From an uncultured Flavobacteriaceae bacterium (lineage in GTDB: Bacteria; Pseudomonadota; Alphaproteobacteria; Micropepsales; Micropepsaceae): a DNA stretch of 64,000 nt. The notes below the pieces were generated by a model. The model was given only the letters and a program-made list of their open reading frames with translations, was not told the DNA's origin and did no database searches. Below are positions 8,397 to 21,203 of this stretch, piece after piece; position 1 is the first letter of the stretch; the number at the start of each line of letters is the position of its first letter. The stretch covers positions 7,882-71,881 of the forward strand of contig CAZLRW010000002.1 in the NCBI GenBank assembly GCA_964561925.1. The letters are read 5' to 3'. The position numbers and the translations under genes were made by a program.

Positions 8397-8793
8397 CGCG
8401 CCGTCCGGTCCTGATGTTACATAAGCTTTATTTATTTAGAACACATAATGAGCATTGGCAAGCGCCCAAACCAAGCCAAAGCGCGAGTCCCGCCCAAAGC
8501 GTGGGGCGGCAGCGCACACTCGCGCGCCAATTTCCAGGGAACAGCGCTCGTCGTGGGACCGCCGGCGTCCCCCTGGCTGGCCGTTGGCGCTCTCTGTTGC
8601 CGGGCGATACGCCGACGCTGCGCTGCCCCGAACCGGGGACACGATACCTATTGCCCATGACACCGGGGTGTCCGCCTCCGCTTTCGCTCCGGCGGATGCA
8701 GGCGAGACGCCTGCGGTCCCAGGGAGAGTTCTCCTTTTTCGGCGCTGCATCCTACGAACTAAGTCGTAGAGCTAACAGCGGGCGGTCTTAGGT

Positions 8794-10368
8794 TTAGAAC
8801 TGCGCGGCTGCTAATGCGGCCAGCGCCAACGCGCCGATCCAGATGGCTACTCTTATGTGTTGGGTGCGCTGGGTTTGGGCGCGGGCGATCGCTTCGGTGC
8901 TGTCGGGGTGAAGGCGGAGGCCGTTGGTGGTTAGGTGGCTTGCCACTTGTTCGGCGTTTTTGAGGACTTCGGGGAGGGCGGCGATCGCGCGACCCAATGT
9001 CGTCATGCCTTCGGCGGCTTGGTTCAGGCGGGCCCCAGGGCCCACTTGATCGATCATCCATTGTTCGACGACGGGTTGTGCCGATTCCCAGATCGAGTGG
9101 CTTGGGTCGAGCTGTCTTGCGACGCCTTCGACGACGACCATCGTCTTTTGCAGCATCGCGAGTTGCGGCTGCATCTCCATGTCGAAGAGGCGGGTGACTT
9201 CGAAGAGTTGCGTGAGCAGGCGGGCCATCGACATGTTGCTCGCGGGCCTTCCGAAGATCGGTTCGCCGATTGCGCGCAGGGCTTGGGCGAAGTCTTCGAC
9301 GCTGTGACGCGGCGGCACGAAGCCCACTTGCAAATGGATCTGCGCGACGCGGCGGTAGTCGCGTGCCAAGAAGCCGCCGAGCGTTTCGGCCATGAAGCGG
9401 CGCGAGAGCGCGTCGAGGCGGCCCATGATGCCGAAGTCGACGGCGACGAGCTTGCCCGCTTTGTCGACGAACAGGTTTCCCGGATGCATGTCGGCGTGGA
9501 AGAAGCCGTCGCGCAACGCGTGGCGCAGGAAGTTTTGGATCACCGCCGTCGCCAGGTGCTTCATATCGTGGCCTTGCGCGCGCAGGGACGCGATGTCTTT
9601 GAGCGGCGTGGCGTCGATCCACTCGGTGGCCAGAACGCGGCGCGTGGTTAGGTCCCAATCGACTGCGGGCACGCGGAAGTCCGAGTCTTTCGCTGTGTTC
9701 GCCGCCATCTCGGCGGCGGCGGCCGCCTCCAAGCGCAGATCCATTTCGATGACGACGGAGCGGGCGAGCGTTTCGACGCCGGCGGCCGGCTTCATCCGCT
9801 TCATCTCGGCGCCGCCGAAGCGTTCCGCGTTGCGGGCGGCCCAGGCGAAAGCTTTGAGGGCGGCCGCGAATTCCTGCTCGACGCCGGGGCGGAGGATTTT
9901 TAGCGCGCGAAGCTGCGCCGCGCCGCCGGTGCCGGGTTTGAGCGCGACTTTGTGGACTTGCGCGATCGAGGCGGCGGCGACCGCTTCGCCGATGTCGCCC
10001 AAGACTTCTACGCGTTCGGCGGGGAGTTCTTCGCGCAAGATGCGCATGGCTTCGGCGACGGGGAACGGCGACAGGCGATCCTGCAGGTCGGCAAGATCGC
10101 GTGCGATGTCGTTGCCGATGACGTCCGGGCGCGTCGCCAGGAATTGGCCGGCTTTGATGTAGGCGGGGCCGAGCGCGGTCAGCGCGCGGGCGAGGCGTTC
10201 GCCGCTGCGGCCTTGGGCCACGGAACGGTTTTTGGGGAATAGGTATTTGAGGAGTTTCGCTTGCGGCGGCGCGAATGCCTCCCATTCGGGCGGCGGCAGG
10301 ACGCCGTGGGCGCCGAGGACGCTGCCCGCGCGCATCAGACGGCGCATCATAGCGAAGGCGCGCAGCAT
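8794..10368 (-). CDS. ubiB: Ubiquinone biosynthesis regulatory kinase-like protein UbiB (ABC1 family)
   Basis: ABC1/UbiB sequence with AASIAQVH and [14 protein letters not shown] 10368 overlaps the ubiE stop (TGATG). The upstream 18 codons of ORF 8794..10422 were discarded. Confidence 0.9.
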   Translation of the reverse strand: MLRAFAMMRRLMRAGSVLGAHGVLPPPEWEAFAPPQAKLLKYLFPKNRSVAQGRSGERLARALTALGPAYIKAGQFLATRPDVIGNDIARDLADLQDRLSPFPVAEAMRILREELPAERVEVLGDIGEAVAAASIAQVHKVALKPGTGGAAQLRALKILRPGVEQEFAAALKAFAWAARNAERFGGAEMKRMKPAAGVETLARSVVIEMDLRLEAAAAAEMAANTAKDSDFRVPAVDWDLTTRRVLATEWIDATPLKDIASLRAQGHDMKHLATAVIQNFLRHALRDGFFHADMHPGNLFVDKAGKLVAVDFGIMGRLDALSRRFMAETLGGFLARDYRRVAQIHLQVGFVPPRHSVEDFAQALRAIGEPIFGRPASNMSMARLLTQLFEVTRLFDMEMQPQLAMLQKTMVVVEGVARQLDPSHSIWESAQPVVEQWMIDQVGPGARLNQAAEGMTTLGRAIAALPEVLKNAEQVASHLTTNGLRLHPDSTEAIARAQTQRTQHIRVAIWIGALALAALAAAQF

Positions 10369-11123
10369 CAGAGTTTCCAGCCGGAGTGCATCGCGACGAT
10401 GCCGCCGGAGAGGTCGCGCCATTTCACTTGTTCGAAGCCCGCCTCGGCGATCATCGCCGCAAACTTCTTCTGCGGCGGGAAGCGGCGGATGCTCTCGACG
10501 AGATATTGGTACGACGCGCGGTCGTTTGCGACGGCTTCGCCGATCGCCGGGATCGCGTTGAACGACCAGGCGTCGTAGAGGCTTTCGAGGACGGCGTTTT
10601 CGACCTTCGAGAACTCGAGGCAGAGGAAGCGGCCGCCCTTCTTCAGTACACGGAACGCCTCGGCGAGCGCGCGGTCGATGTGGGTCACGTTGCGGATGCC
10701 GAAGGCGATCGTGTAGGCGTCGAACGCGGCGTCCGGCAGCGGCAGGCGTTCGGCGTCGCCCGCGGTGAACGTCACGCGGCCTGCCACGCCTTTCTCCGCG
10801 GCGCGCTCGCGGCCGACGGCCAGCATCTCCGGGTTAATGTCGCAGACGACGGCGCTGCCGGGTTTGCCGCCCAAGCGCTCGAGGAAGCGGAATGCGATGT
10901 CGCCGGTGCCGCCCGCGACGTCGAGCAGCGCGGTGCCGGGCGCGGGCGCCAGCCAGTCCATCATCGCCTGCTTCCAGATGCGATGAACGCCGAACGACAT
11001 CAGGTCGTTCATCACGTCGTAGCGGCGGGCGACGTTCGAGAAGACGCGGCCGACCAGGCGCGATTTCTCCTCCTCCGCGACCTCGCGGAAACCGAACGAC
11101 ACCGTGCGCTTTTCGTCGGCCAT
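10368..11123 (-). CDS. ubiE: Demethylmenaquinone / 2-methoxy-6-polyprenyl-1,4-benzoquinol methyltransferase
   Basis: [15 protein letters not shown]...[28 protein letters not shown]. Start taken at the 16th codon of ORF 10368..11168. Confidence 0.9.
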   Translation of the reverse strand: MADEKRTVSFGFREVAEEEKSRLVGRVFSNVARRYDVMNDLMSFGVHRIWKQAMMDWLAPAPGTALLDVAGGTGDIAFRFLERLGGKPGSAVVCDINPEMLAVGRERAAEKGVAGRVTFTAGDAERLPLPDAAFDAYTIAFGIRNVTHIDRALAEAFRVLKKGGRFLCLEFSKVENAVLESLYDAWSFNAIPAIGEAVANDRASYQYLVESIRRFPPQKKFAAMIAEAGFEQVKWRDLSGGIVAMHSGWKL

Positions 11124-11183
11124 GGGGGCTCCAGAGCGAACATAGTGCTCGCAAATTCCTTGAACCACGTTACACAGCGTCCC

Positions 11184-12035
11184 ATGCCCGAATTGCCCGA
11201 GGTCGAAACCGTCCGCCAGGGGCTTTTGCCTGTGCTCGAAGGCCGCAGGTTCAAGCGCGTGATCGCGCGGCGCGGCGATTTGCGCTTCCCGCTGCCCACG
11301 AAGTTTGCCGAACGGTTAACGGGGCGGCGCGTCGAGACGCTGACGCGGCGGGCGAAGTACATCCTCGCGCATCTCGACGGGGACGAGGTGCTGATCATGC
11401 ATCTGGGCATGTCGGGGCGGTTTTCGATCGAAGGCGCGAGAGTGGGCGCGTTCGTTCACGCGACGCCGGACGGCGGCAAGCACGATCACATCATCTTCGA
11501 AACCGACGCCGGTGCGCGCGTGACGTTCACAGATCATCGGCGGTTCGGGATGATGGATCTGTTCAAGGCGTCAGAGGCGGCGACGTACAAGCACCTTGCG
11601 GGACTTGGGCCGGAGCCGTTGTCCGGCGCGTTTTCGCCCAGCGCGTTGGACGCGGCGCTTAAGGGCAAGCGGACGCCGATCAAAGCGGCGCTGCTCGATC
11701 AGAGGGTCGTTGCGGGGCTCGGCAATATCTATGTGTGCGAAGCGCTGTTTCGCGCCGGGATCTCGCCGAAACGCTTGGCGGCGACGGTCGTGGGCGCGCG
11801 GTCGCGCAAACTCGTGCCGGAGGTGAAAGCGGTGCTGCGCGCGGCGATCAAGGCGGGCGGATCGTCGTTGCGCGACTACAAGCAGGCGAACGGCGAACTC
11901 GGATACTTTCAACACAATTTTTCCGTCTACGACCGCGAGGGGCAAGCTTGTGCGCGAAAAGGTTGCACGGGCGTCGTGAAACGTATCGTGCAATCGGGGC
12001 GTTCGACATTCTATTGCGCGACGTGCCAGCGCTAG
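11184..12035 (+). CDS. mutM: Formamidopyrimidine-DNA glycosylase
   Basis: [15 protein letters not shown]-terminus and a C-terminal zinc finger (C..GC...YCATCQ). C-terminal 283 codons of ORF 10386..12035. Confidence 0.95.
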   Translation: MPELPEVETVRQGLLPVLEGRRFKRVIARRGDLRFPLPTKFAERLTGRRVETLTRRAKYILAHLDGDEVLIMHLGMSGRFSIEGARVGAFVHATPDGGKHDHIIFETDAGARVTFTDHRRFGMMDLFKASEAATYKHLAGLGPEPLSGAFSPSALDAALKGKRTPIKAALLDQRVVAGLGNIYVCEALFRAGISPKRLAATVVGARSRKLVPEVKAVLRAAIKAGGSSLRDYKQANGELGYFQHNFSVYDREGQACARKGCTGVVKRIVQSGRSTFYCATCQR

Positions 12036-12088
12036 CGGGGGCGGCCGGATTGCGCTACATCGCCGGCCAACATTCGGACGGAGCCCCC

Positions 12089-12865
12089 ATGACCTTCGAG
12101 ACGATCAAGACCGAGACGCGCGGCGCGGTGTTGCTGATCACGCTGAACCGGCCGCAGGCGCTGAACGCGCTGAACGCGCAGGTCGTGGCCGAGCTTTGCA
12201 CGGCGCTCGATCAGGCGGAGGCGAATGCCGGCGTTCGCGCGCTGGTGCTCACGGGGTCGGAGAAGGCGTTCGCTGCGGGGGCCGACATCAAGGAGATGCA
12301 GCCCAAAAGCTATATGGACGCCTACGGCGAGGATTTGTTCGCGCGGCTCAACGACCGCTTCGCGGCGTTCCGCAAGCCGGTGATCGCGGCGATTGCGGGC
12401 TTTGCGCTGGGCGGCGGGTGCGAGCTTGCGATGTTGTGCGATTTTATCATTGCCGCGGACAACGCAAAGTTCGGGCAGCCCGAGATCAAACTTGGCGTTA
12501 TGCCGGGGATCGGCGGGACGCAGCGGCTTACGCGCTTCGTCGGCAAGTCGAAGGCGATGGAAATGTGCTTGACGGGCCGCATGATGGATGCCGCGGAAGC
12601 GGAACGCGCGGGGCTTGTGAGCCGCGTGGTGCCGCTCGCCGAACTCGCGAATGAGGCGATGAAAGCCGCCGAGGCGATCGCCGACATGTCGGCGCCGATC
12701 GCGATGATGACGAAGGAAGCGATCAACCGCGCCTACGAAACGACTCTGACGGAAGGCGTGCGTTTCGAACGGCGCGTGTTCCACGCGATGTTTGCGACCG
12801 CCGACCAGAAAGAAGGCATGGCGGCCTTCGTCGAAAAGCGAAAAGCGAAGTTCGAACACCGCTAA
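12089..12865 (+). CDS. Enoyl-CoA hydratase (crotonase family)
   Basis: [28 protein letters not shown]..., [10 protein letters not shown] and GGGCELAM. C-terminal 258 codons of ORF 11735..12865. Confidence 0.9.
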   Translation: MTFETIKTETRGAVLLITLNRPQALNALNAQVVAELCTALDQAEANAGVRALVLTGSEKAFAAGADIKEMQPKSYMDAYGEDLFARLNDRFAAFRKPVIAAIAGFALGGGCELAMLCDFIIAADNAKFGQPEIKLGVMPGIGGTQRLTRFVGKSKAMEMCLTGRMMDAAEAERAGLVSRVVPLAELANEAMKAAEAIADMSAPIAMMTKEAINRAYETTLTEGVRFERRVFHAMFATADQKEGMAAFVEKRKAKFEHR

Positions 12866-12887
12866 GGGTTGCGACAACAATTCCAGG

Positions 12888-12916
12888 TTGACGCTCCCGG
12901 GGGTGCTGCGTATAAC
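12888..12916 (+). promoter_or_regulatory. Sigma-70-like promoter upstream of rpsT
   Basis: TTGACG (12888-12893), a 17-nt spacer, then TATAAC (12911-12916). It lies ~48 nt upstream of the rpsT ATG, and AAGGGA is placed as an SD. Confidence 0.5.
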
Positions 12917-12963
12917 CCGCGACCCCTGAGCAACAGGGCAAGCAGGTTCAAGGGACGATCCAC

Positions 12964-13230
12964 ATGGCGAATATCCGCTCGGCAGCCAAAGCAGCGCGCA
13001 AAGCCAAGCGCCGCGAGGCCATCAACACCGCGCGGAAGAGCCGGGTTCGCACCTTCGTGCGCAAGGTCGAAGAGGCGATCGCTTCGGGCGACGCGAAGGC
13101 GGCGGCGGACGCCCTGCGCGCAGCTCAGCCCGAGATCGTGCGCGGCGGCAACAAGCGCGTTCTGCACAAGCGGGCGGCGGCCCGCAAGGTGTCGCGGCTC
13201 ACCCGCCGCGTGAAGGCCCTTTCGAAGTAA
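12964..13230 (+). CDS. rpsT: 30S ribosomal protein S20
   Basis: 88 aa, [18 protein letters not shown]...; basic, typical S20. Confidence 0.95.
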   Translation: MANIRSAAKAARKAKRREAINTARKSRVRTFVRKVEEAIASGDAKAAADALRAAQPEIVRGGNKRVLHKRAAARKVSRLTRRVKALSK

Positions 13231-13773
13231 ACAGTTTTCTCTTCGAACTGGACTTGCATTTCTCTTCAATCGCGAGACGCCTCACGTGGTGCACACCGTG
13301 CGCGCGACGGGACCCTTCTGCGACATGGTCCGTCTACGGATTATTGATGAAACTGCCACATTGACGGTCACGGCACGGCGCATTAGCGTCTTGATATCGG
13401 CATGTAATTACCTACGTTTCGTGATGCCGGGCGCGCGTCGTGCGCCATCGATTTTTCCTCTCGTACCCGCGTCGCCTGCTCTCAAGAATGCGCACGTTGT
13501 GCATTTTTTAGCTGACGTTCCTATTGAGTTCACTTGAGCCGCCAAAGCGGTTAGTTTATGGTAAATGAAGATGGGAAATACAGGAATGACGACAATGAAC
13601 AAGAAGACGCGTGGTGACGTTGGGGTCGCCTCTGTCGTTGTCACCAATGGCCGGGACAATCCGGCTACCGTATTCTAGATCGTCTATCCCCCCTCTCTTC
13701 TTTCACGACATTTCGGTTCTTTGCGCGGCTTGGCCGCCACGACCGGATTCCGCCTGAAGGGTCCCGCAAATCC

Positions 13774-14202
13774 ATGAGCTATGCCGGCGACATCAGCGCG
13801 CGCGAAGCGTGGGATCTGCTGAAAAGCGACCCCAAGGCGCAGCTCGTCGACGTGCGGACGGCGGCGGAATGGTCGTTCGTCGGGATCCCGGATCTGAGCG
13901 CGCTGGGCCGCAAGGCGGTGCTGGTCGAGTGGCAAAGCTTCCCGGCGATGGCGCGCAATCCGGCATTCGAGGCGATGGTGGCCGAACGGCTGGCGGCCGC
14001 CGGCGCGGACGACGCCAGCCCGGTGTCGTTCCTGTGCCGCTCGGGCGCGCGCAGCCAGGCCGCCGCCGTGGTCATGACCGCGGCCGGATTCAAAAAATGC
14101 TTCAACATTGCCGGCGGTTTCGAGGGCGACCTGAATTCCGCCAAACATCGCGGGCAAACAAACGGTTGGAAATTCGAGAATCTTCCTTGGGTTCAAGCAT
14201 GA
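13774..14202 (+). CDS. Rhodanese-like sulfurtransferase domain protein
   Basis: 142 aa with active-site loop FLCRSGARS and C-terminal NIAGGFEG. Confidence 0.85.
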   Translation: MSYAGDISAREAWDLLKSDPKAQLVDVRTAAEWSFVGIPDLSALGRKAVLVEWQSFPAMARNPAFEAMVAERLAAAGADDASPVSFLCRSGARSQAAAVVMTAAGFKKCFNIAGGFEGDLNSAKHRGQTNGWKFENLPWVQA

Positions 14203-14453
14203 CCCGGCGTCTGAGGGGACTGCCGGGAGACTATCGGTAAAGGGTGTCGGGGCGTCGGCCGCGCAAGAAGACGAGAGAGCTTCGCGCGGTCTTCCCGGAA
14301 AATTCGGTGGCGTTGGGGCCGGGCGTTCGCGTCCGGTGATCGGGGGGTCTTGCCCAACGCGCGACGTGCCTACGCATAAAAAAGTGCCTGCCGTCGCGGC
14401 AACGCGCGGACGGGCGATTGGGGCAATAAGCAAGGCAGAGAAGGGACCTCCAC

Positions 14454-15935
14454 GTGACGTCACAAGAAAACAAGACGACGGAAGGCATCGAGAAGTTCGA
14501 CGCGGTTTGGCTGCGCGTGCGCGAGCGGCTGAAGGCGGAGTTGGGAACGCAACGGTTTCAGTATTGGATCGAGCCGCTGCGCGTCGTGTCGGTCGAGGAC
14601 GGACGCATCGTCATCGCCTGCAACAGCCGTTTCGAGCGCGACAAGGTGGTCGAGAGCCACGGCGAGCGCATCGCAAATCTGATCGCGGAGATCGCGGGCG
14701 CTGGTTCGGCGATCGATTTCATCGTCGATCAGCGGCCGCGTGCGGTGACGGCGCCGCAGGCAGCGAGTTCGCGGGCGACAACGCTCGACAGTCTGGGCGT
14801 GCCGCCGGTCGAGCCGACGCTCGTCGAGGGGTCGATTCCGCTCAACCGGTCGTACACGTTCGACGGGTTCATCCCGGGGCGCTCGAACCAGATCGCCTTG
14901 CAGGAGGCCAAGCGCACGGCCGACGCCGACGTGCCGCTCGCCAACCCGCTGTTCTTCTACGGCTCGACGGGTCTCGGGAAGACGCACCTCATGCACGCGA
15001 TCGCGTGGCGGAAGCTGCAGCGCAATCCGAATTTGCGCGTGCTCTTGGTCACCGCCGAGACGTTCATGCGCTATTTCATCACGGCGCTGCGCGCGAACGA
15101 CACGCTCGCGTTCAAGAACCAGATGCGCAACGTCGATCTGCTGCTGGTCGACGACTTGCACTTCATTTTGGGCAAGGAGGCGACGCAGGAGGAGCTTCTC
15201 ACCGCGCTCGACTGGCTGAACGACAACCAGAAGCAGATCGTGCTTTCGGCCGACCGTTCGCCGTCGTTGTTCGAGAACATCTCCGATCGCGCGCGCTCGC
15301 GGCTGCTGAAGGGGGCCTCGGTCGAAATCGGCGCCACGGATTTCGAACTCAGGCTTGCGATCCTGGAATCGAAGGCGCGGCTTGTGTCGCGCGAGCGGCC
15401 GGGGTTCGTGCTGAACACGGAAGCCGCGCACTTCATGGCGCAGCGCATCAACACGAACACGCGAGAACTCGAAGGGGCGCTCAATCGCGTGATTACGCAA
15501 AGCGGCGACGGTTCGCGGCCGGTGACGATCGAGAACCTGAACGTATGGCTCGCCGATTTCCTGCGTGCATACGACCGGCGCGTAACGATCGAGGAAATCA
15601 AGAAGCGGGTGGCCGAGCACTACCGGCTCAAGACGACCGATCTCGAATCGCCGAACCGGTCGCGGTCGATCGTCAGGCCGCGCCAGATTGCGATGTATCT
15701 CGCGCGGCTGCTGACGCCGCGGTCATACCCCGAGATCGGGCGGCGATTCGGGAATCGCGACCATACGACGGTGATGCACGCGGTCGAGACGATTCAGCGC
15801 CTGACCTCGATGGATGCGTCGTTCGCCGAAGAGGTCGAGCAGCTGCGTTTGTCGATCAGAAATTGGCCACTTGAAGGCGTGCAGGCTGGCTTCAAAGGGG
15901 CTTCGGCTGGGGAGGAAACCCAACCTCAGGTGTGA
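14454..15935 (+). CDS. dnaA: Chromosomal replication initiator DnaA
   Basis: 493 aa, GTG start. Walker A GSTGLGKTHL. C-terminal DNA-binding domain (IAMYLARLLT..S.PEIGRRFGNRDHTTVMHA). Confidence 0.95.
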   Translation: MTSQENKTTEGIEKFDAVWLRVRERLKAELGTQRFQYWIEPLRVVSVEDGRIVIACNSRFERDKVVESHGERIANLIAEIAGAGSAIDFIVDQRPRAVTAPQAASSRATTLDSLGVPPVEPTLVEGSIPLNRSYTFDGFIPGRSNQIALQEAKRTADADVPLANPLFFYGSTGLGKTHLMHAIAWRKLQRNPNLRVLLVTAETFMRYFITALRANDTLAFKNQMRNVDLLLVDDLHFILGKEATQEELLTALDWLNDNQKQIVLSADRSPSLFENISDRARSRLLKGASVEIGATDFELRLAILESKARLVSRERPGFVLNTEAAHFMAQRINTNTRELEGALNRVITQSGDGSRPVTIENLNVWLADFLRAYDRRVTIEEIKKRVAEHYRLKTTDLESPNRSRSIVRPRQIAMYLARLLTPRSYPEIGRRFGNRDHTTVMHAVETIQRLTSMDASFAEEVEQLRLSIRNWPLEGVQAGFKGASAGEETQPQV

Positions 15936-16141
15936 GGCCGTAAACGCCTTGCTTTTCAAATAGTTATTTGACGGCCGGTGGCGGCGTCCCAGGGCGAATT
16001 CCTGTTCCCTTGGGGCGCCGCATGCCGTTATAATCACGGCATATCCCCGCGCTTTGCGGCTTTGCCGGCGATCGCCCGCAAATCCCCTCGAACGAGCGCG
16101 GCGTTTTTGTCTCTAACCCCCTCGTTTTTCGCGGACGCCGG

Positions 16142-17260
16142 ATGCGCATCACAATCGAACGGGCAAGCCTTCTCAAAGCGTTGAACCATGTGCAGAGCGT
16201 CGTCGAGCGGCGCAACACGATTCCGATCCTGTCCAACGTTCTCTTGCACGCCGAAAAAGGGGCGCTGTCGCTGACGGCGACGGACCTCGACATCGAGGTG
16301 GTGGAATCGGTGAGCGCCGACGTGGTGCGCGGCGGGGCGACGACGGCGTCGGCGCATACGCTCTACGACATCGTGCGCAAGCTGCCCGAGGGCGCGCAGG
16401 TGCAACTGGAGCACGGCGAGGGCGACGGGCGGCTGACGCTGTCGGCGGGGCGTTCGAAGTTTCAGCTGCAGGCACTGCCGCGCGAGGACTTTCCGCAGAT
16501 GTCCGCCGGTAGCTTGCCGCACAAATTCTCGATCGGCGCGGGCGACCTTTCCGAACTCATCGACAAGACGCGGTTCGCCGTATCGACCGAGGAGACGCGC
16601 TATTACCTGAACGGCATCTATCTCCACGCGCATCAGGAGAAGAACAAGACGTTCTTGCGCGCGGTGGCGACCGACGGGCACCGGCTCGCGCGCTACGAGA
16701 TGCAGGCGCCGAAGGGGGCTGCCGAGATTCCCGGCATCATCGTTCCGCGCAAGACGGTGAACGAAATCCGCAAGCTGCTCGAAGATCTGGACGGCAACGT
16801 CGATCTGCAGGTGTCTGACACGAAGATCAAGTTCAACCTGGGCGGCGTGACGCTGACGTCGAAGCTGATCGACGGCACGTTTCCGGAGTATCAGCGCGTG
16901 ATCCCGTCGGGCAACGACAAGGTGCTCGAGGTCGTGCGCGACGAGTTGAAAGAGGCGATCGATCGCGTTTCGACGGTTTCGACCGAGAAGTCGCGGGCGG
17001 TGAAGCTGAACCTCGAAAAGGGCAAGCTTACGCTTTCCGTGGTGAGCCCCGAGGCCGGGACGGCGACCGAAGAGCTTCTGATCGACTACAAGGCGGCGGC
17101 GATCGAGATCGGGTTCAACGCGCGCTACATCATGGACATCTTGGAGCGCGTCGACGGCGCGAAGGCGATCTTCCTGTTCTCGGACGCCGGGTCGCCGACC
17201 TTGGTTCGCGACAGCGAAGGCGAGGCGGCGCTCTACGTTTTGATGCCGATGCGCGTTTGA
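16142..17260 (+). CDS. dnaN: DNA polymerase III beta sliding clamp
   Basis: 372 aa, MRITIERASLLKALNHVQSVVERRNTIPILSNVLL.... Confidence 0.95.
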   Translation: MRITIERASLLKALNHVQSVVERRNTIPILSNVLLHAEKGALSLTATDLDIEVVESVSADVVRGGATTASAHTLYDIVRKLPEGAQVQLEHGEGDGRLTLSAGRSKFQLQALPREDFPQMSAGSLPHKFSIGAGDLSELIDKTRFAVSTEETRYYLNGIYLHAHQEKNKTFLRAVATDGHRLARYEMQAPKGAAEIPGIIVPRKTVNEIRKLLEDLDGNVDLQVSDTKIKFNLGGVTLTSKLIDGTFPEYQRVIPSGNDKVLEVVRDELKEAIDRVSTVSTEKSRAVKLNLEKGKLTLSVVSPEAGTATEELLIDYKAAAIEIGFNARYIMDILERVDGAKAIFLFSDAGSPTLVRDSEGEAALYVLMPMRV

Positions 17261-17282
17261 GCGCCAAAGGTTCTATGCGGTC

Positions 17283-18470
17283 ATGAGTATCGGGGGGCCA
17301 GTCGCCGGGGTTTCGGCTCGCGCGTCCGCGCGGGTCGCGGTCACGCGCCTGATGCTCACGAATTTCCGTTCGTACGGCATGTTGGATCTGCGCGTGGCGC
17401 CGCAGCACGTGGTGCTCGTCGGGCCGAACGGTGCGGGCAAAACCAACGTGCTGGAAGCGATGTCCATGCTTTCTTCCGGCCGCGGCTTGCGCGGCGTGAA
17501 GCTTAGCGAGCTTGCGCGGTCGGCGCCGGGCGAGACGGCGGTGCGGCCCTGGGCGGTGTCGGCGGCGGTGTCGAGCGGCGGCTACGAGACGCAGCTCGGC
17601 GTGGGTTACATGCCGGGTGGAGAAGAGTCGGGCGGCGGCGCGAAGCGTGCGGTTCGGATCGACGGCGTTCCGGTCGCCAACCCGGCGCAGCTTGCCGAGC
17701 GCGTGCGGCTGACCTGGCTGACGCCGTCGATGGACGGTTTGTTCGTCGAAGGGACGTCGGAGCGGCGCCGTTTTCTCGACCGATTGATCGCAGGCTTCGA
17801 TCCCGCGCACGCGCGGCTTTGGGCCTCTTACGAAGGGGCGATGCGCGAGCGGCTGGGTGCCTTGCGCGCCGGCGCGCAGGCGGCTTGGCTCAACGCGCTG
17901 GAGCGCACGATGGCGGAGGCCGGCGTCGCGCTGGTCGCCTCGCGTCTTGCGGGTTTGGGCGCGATCGAGCGCGTGATGGAAACGCAGCGTGCGTCGAGTT
18001 TTCCGCGCGCCGATGTCGCCGTCAAAGGCGAGATCGAGGATTTGCTCGGACGCCACGCGGCGGTCGAAGTCGAGGATCAATTCGCGCATCTGCTGCAGGC
18101 CGCGCGCGGCAGCGATGCGGATGCGGGCCGCACGAGCGTGGGGCCGCATCTGACCGACTTCGCCGTGCGTCATCGCGAGAAGGGGCGGGAGGCGCGCGCC
18201 TGCTCGACGGGCGAACAGAAGGCGCTGCTCATCCGGTTGACGCTCGCGGGTGCGGCCTTGCCGGCGCCGGGTGGGTGCGAGACGCCGGTGCTTCTGCTCG
18301 ACGAGGTGGCGGCGCATTTCGACGAGACACGGCGGCGGGCGCTGTTCGACGAGGTCGATGCGCTCGGCGTGCAGGCGTGGATGACGGGCACGGATCAATC
18401 CGCTTTTTCGGCGCTGGACGGCAGCGCGCAGTTTCACCGCGTCAGCGACGGCCAGATCCGGCCGATCTGA
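17283..18470 (+). CDS. recF: DNA replication/repair protein RecF
   Basis: 395 aa with Walker A GPNGAGKTN and signature GEQKALL. Confidence 0.9.
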   Translation: MSIGGPVAGVSARASARVAVTRLMLTNFRSYGMLDLRVAPQHVVLVGPNGAGKTNVLEAMSMLSSGRGLRGVKLSELARSAPGETAVRPWAVSAAVSSGGYETQLGVGYMPGGEESGGGAKRAVRIDGVPVANPAQLAERVRLTWLTPSMDGLFVEGTSERRRFLDRLIAGFDPAHARLWASYEGAMRERLGALRAGAQAAWLNALERTMAEAGVALVASRLAGLGAIERVMETQRASSFPRADVAVKGEIEDLLGRHAAVEVEDQFAHLLQAARGSDADAGRTSVGPHLTDFAVRHREKGREARACSTGEQKALLIRLTLAGAALPAPGGCETPVLLLDEVAAHFDETRRRALFDEVDALGVQAWMTGTDQSAFSALDGSAQFHRVSDGQIRPI

Positions 18471-20921
<2,451 letters not shown>

Positions 20922-21203
20922 TCAGCGCCGTTCGCGCGAGTGCCAAATGCGGACGACTCGGATGATCTGCTCTTCCTCATACACGCGGTAGCGAATGACG
21001 TAGGCTCCTTTGCCGAAGGGTACAATCAACTCGCGGAGCTGCGCCCGAAGTGGCCTTCCCTTGTTGGGTGTGCCGCGTAGCGAGAGCGCCGAGTCGTAGA
21101 TGAGCTCGATAGCCCGGCGTGCAGCCTCTGCGTTTCGCGGGTGAAGAAACGCGTGCAGGCGATCGAGGTCGTCATAAGCCTGGCCAAGAAACCGGACTTT
21201 CAC
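20922..21203 (-). CDS. Type II toxin, RelE/ParE family (ParE-like)
   Basis: 93 aa, ...GAYVIRYRVYEEEQIIRVVRIWHSRE. 4-nt overlap with the upstream antitoxin. Its stop abuts the gyrB stop. Confidence 0.75.
   Translation of the reverse strand: MKVRFLGQAYDDLDRLHAFLHPRNAEAARRAIELIYDSALSLRGTPNKGRPLRAQLRELIVPFGKGAYVIRYRVYEEEQIIRVVRIWHSRERR

Noticed and set aside
8397-8793. Possible tmRNA, RNase P RNA, SRP RNA, 6S RNA or tRNA gene in the hairpin-dense spacer.
   Set aside because: No T-arm (GGTTCGAATCC-like) or CCA end. No ANDN-type tag frame. No RNase P GGAAAGTCCGG-type or SRP GGAAGCAGCC-type conserved blocks on either strand. It is kept only as an unclassified structured region.
10386-11183. Long N-terminal extensions of real genes in the ORF track: mutM as 549 aa, enoyl-CoA hydratase as 376 aa, VOC protein as 446 aa, dienelactone hydrolase as 436 aa, and rlmI as 527 aa.
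   Set aside because: The extensions run through neighbouring genes on the other strand or frame and have junk-like composition. In each case a canonical N-terminus (for example MPELPEVE for MutM) with a start codon lies at the expected internal position.
13565-13678. A 37-codon sORF (MKMGNTGMTTMNKKTRGDVGVASVVVTNGRDNPATVF) in the AT-richer spacer.
   Set aside because: It has no SD. Its codon usage is atypical for this genome (AAT, ACA, GGA, GTA). I recognise no homology. It is indistinguishable from a chance ORF.
13231-14453. Chromosomal origin (oriC) next to dnaA.
   Set aside because: I could find no cluster of TTATCCACA-like DnaA boxes by eye in either spacer. In many alphaproteobacteria oriC lies near hemE rather than dnaA. 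I cannot support an origin call without skew or box scans.
14454-15935. A possible unusual C-terminal extension of DnaA (...WPLEGVQAGFKGASAGEETQPQV).
   Set aside because: It is only ~20 residues of low-complexity tail after the conserved DNA-binding domain. That is within normal variation and could not be assessed without an alignment.
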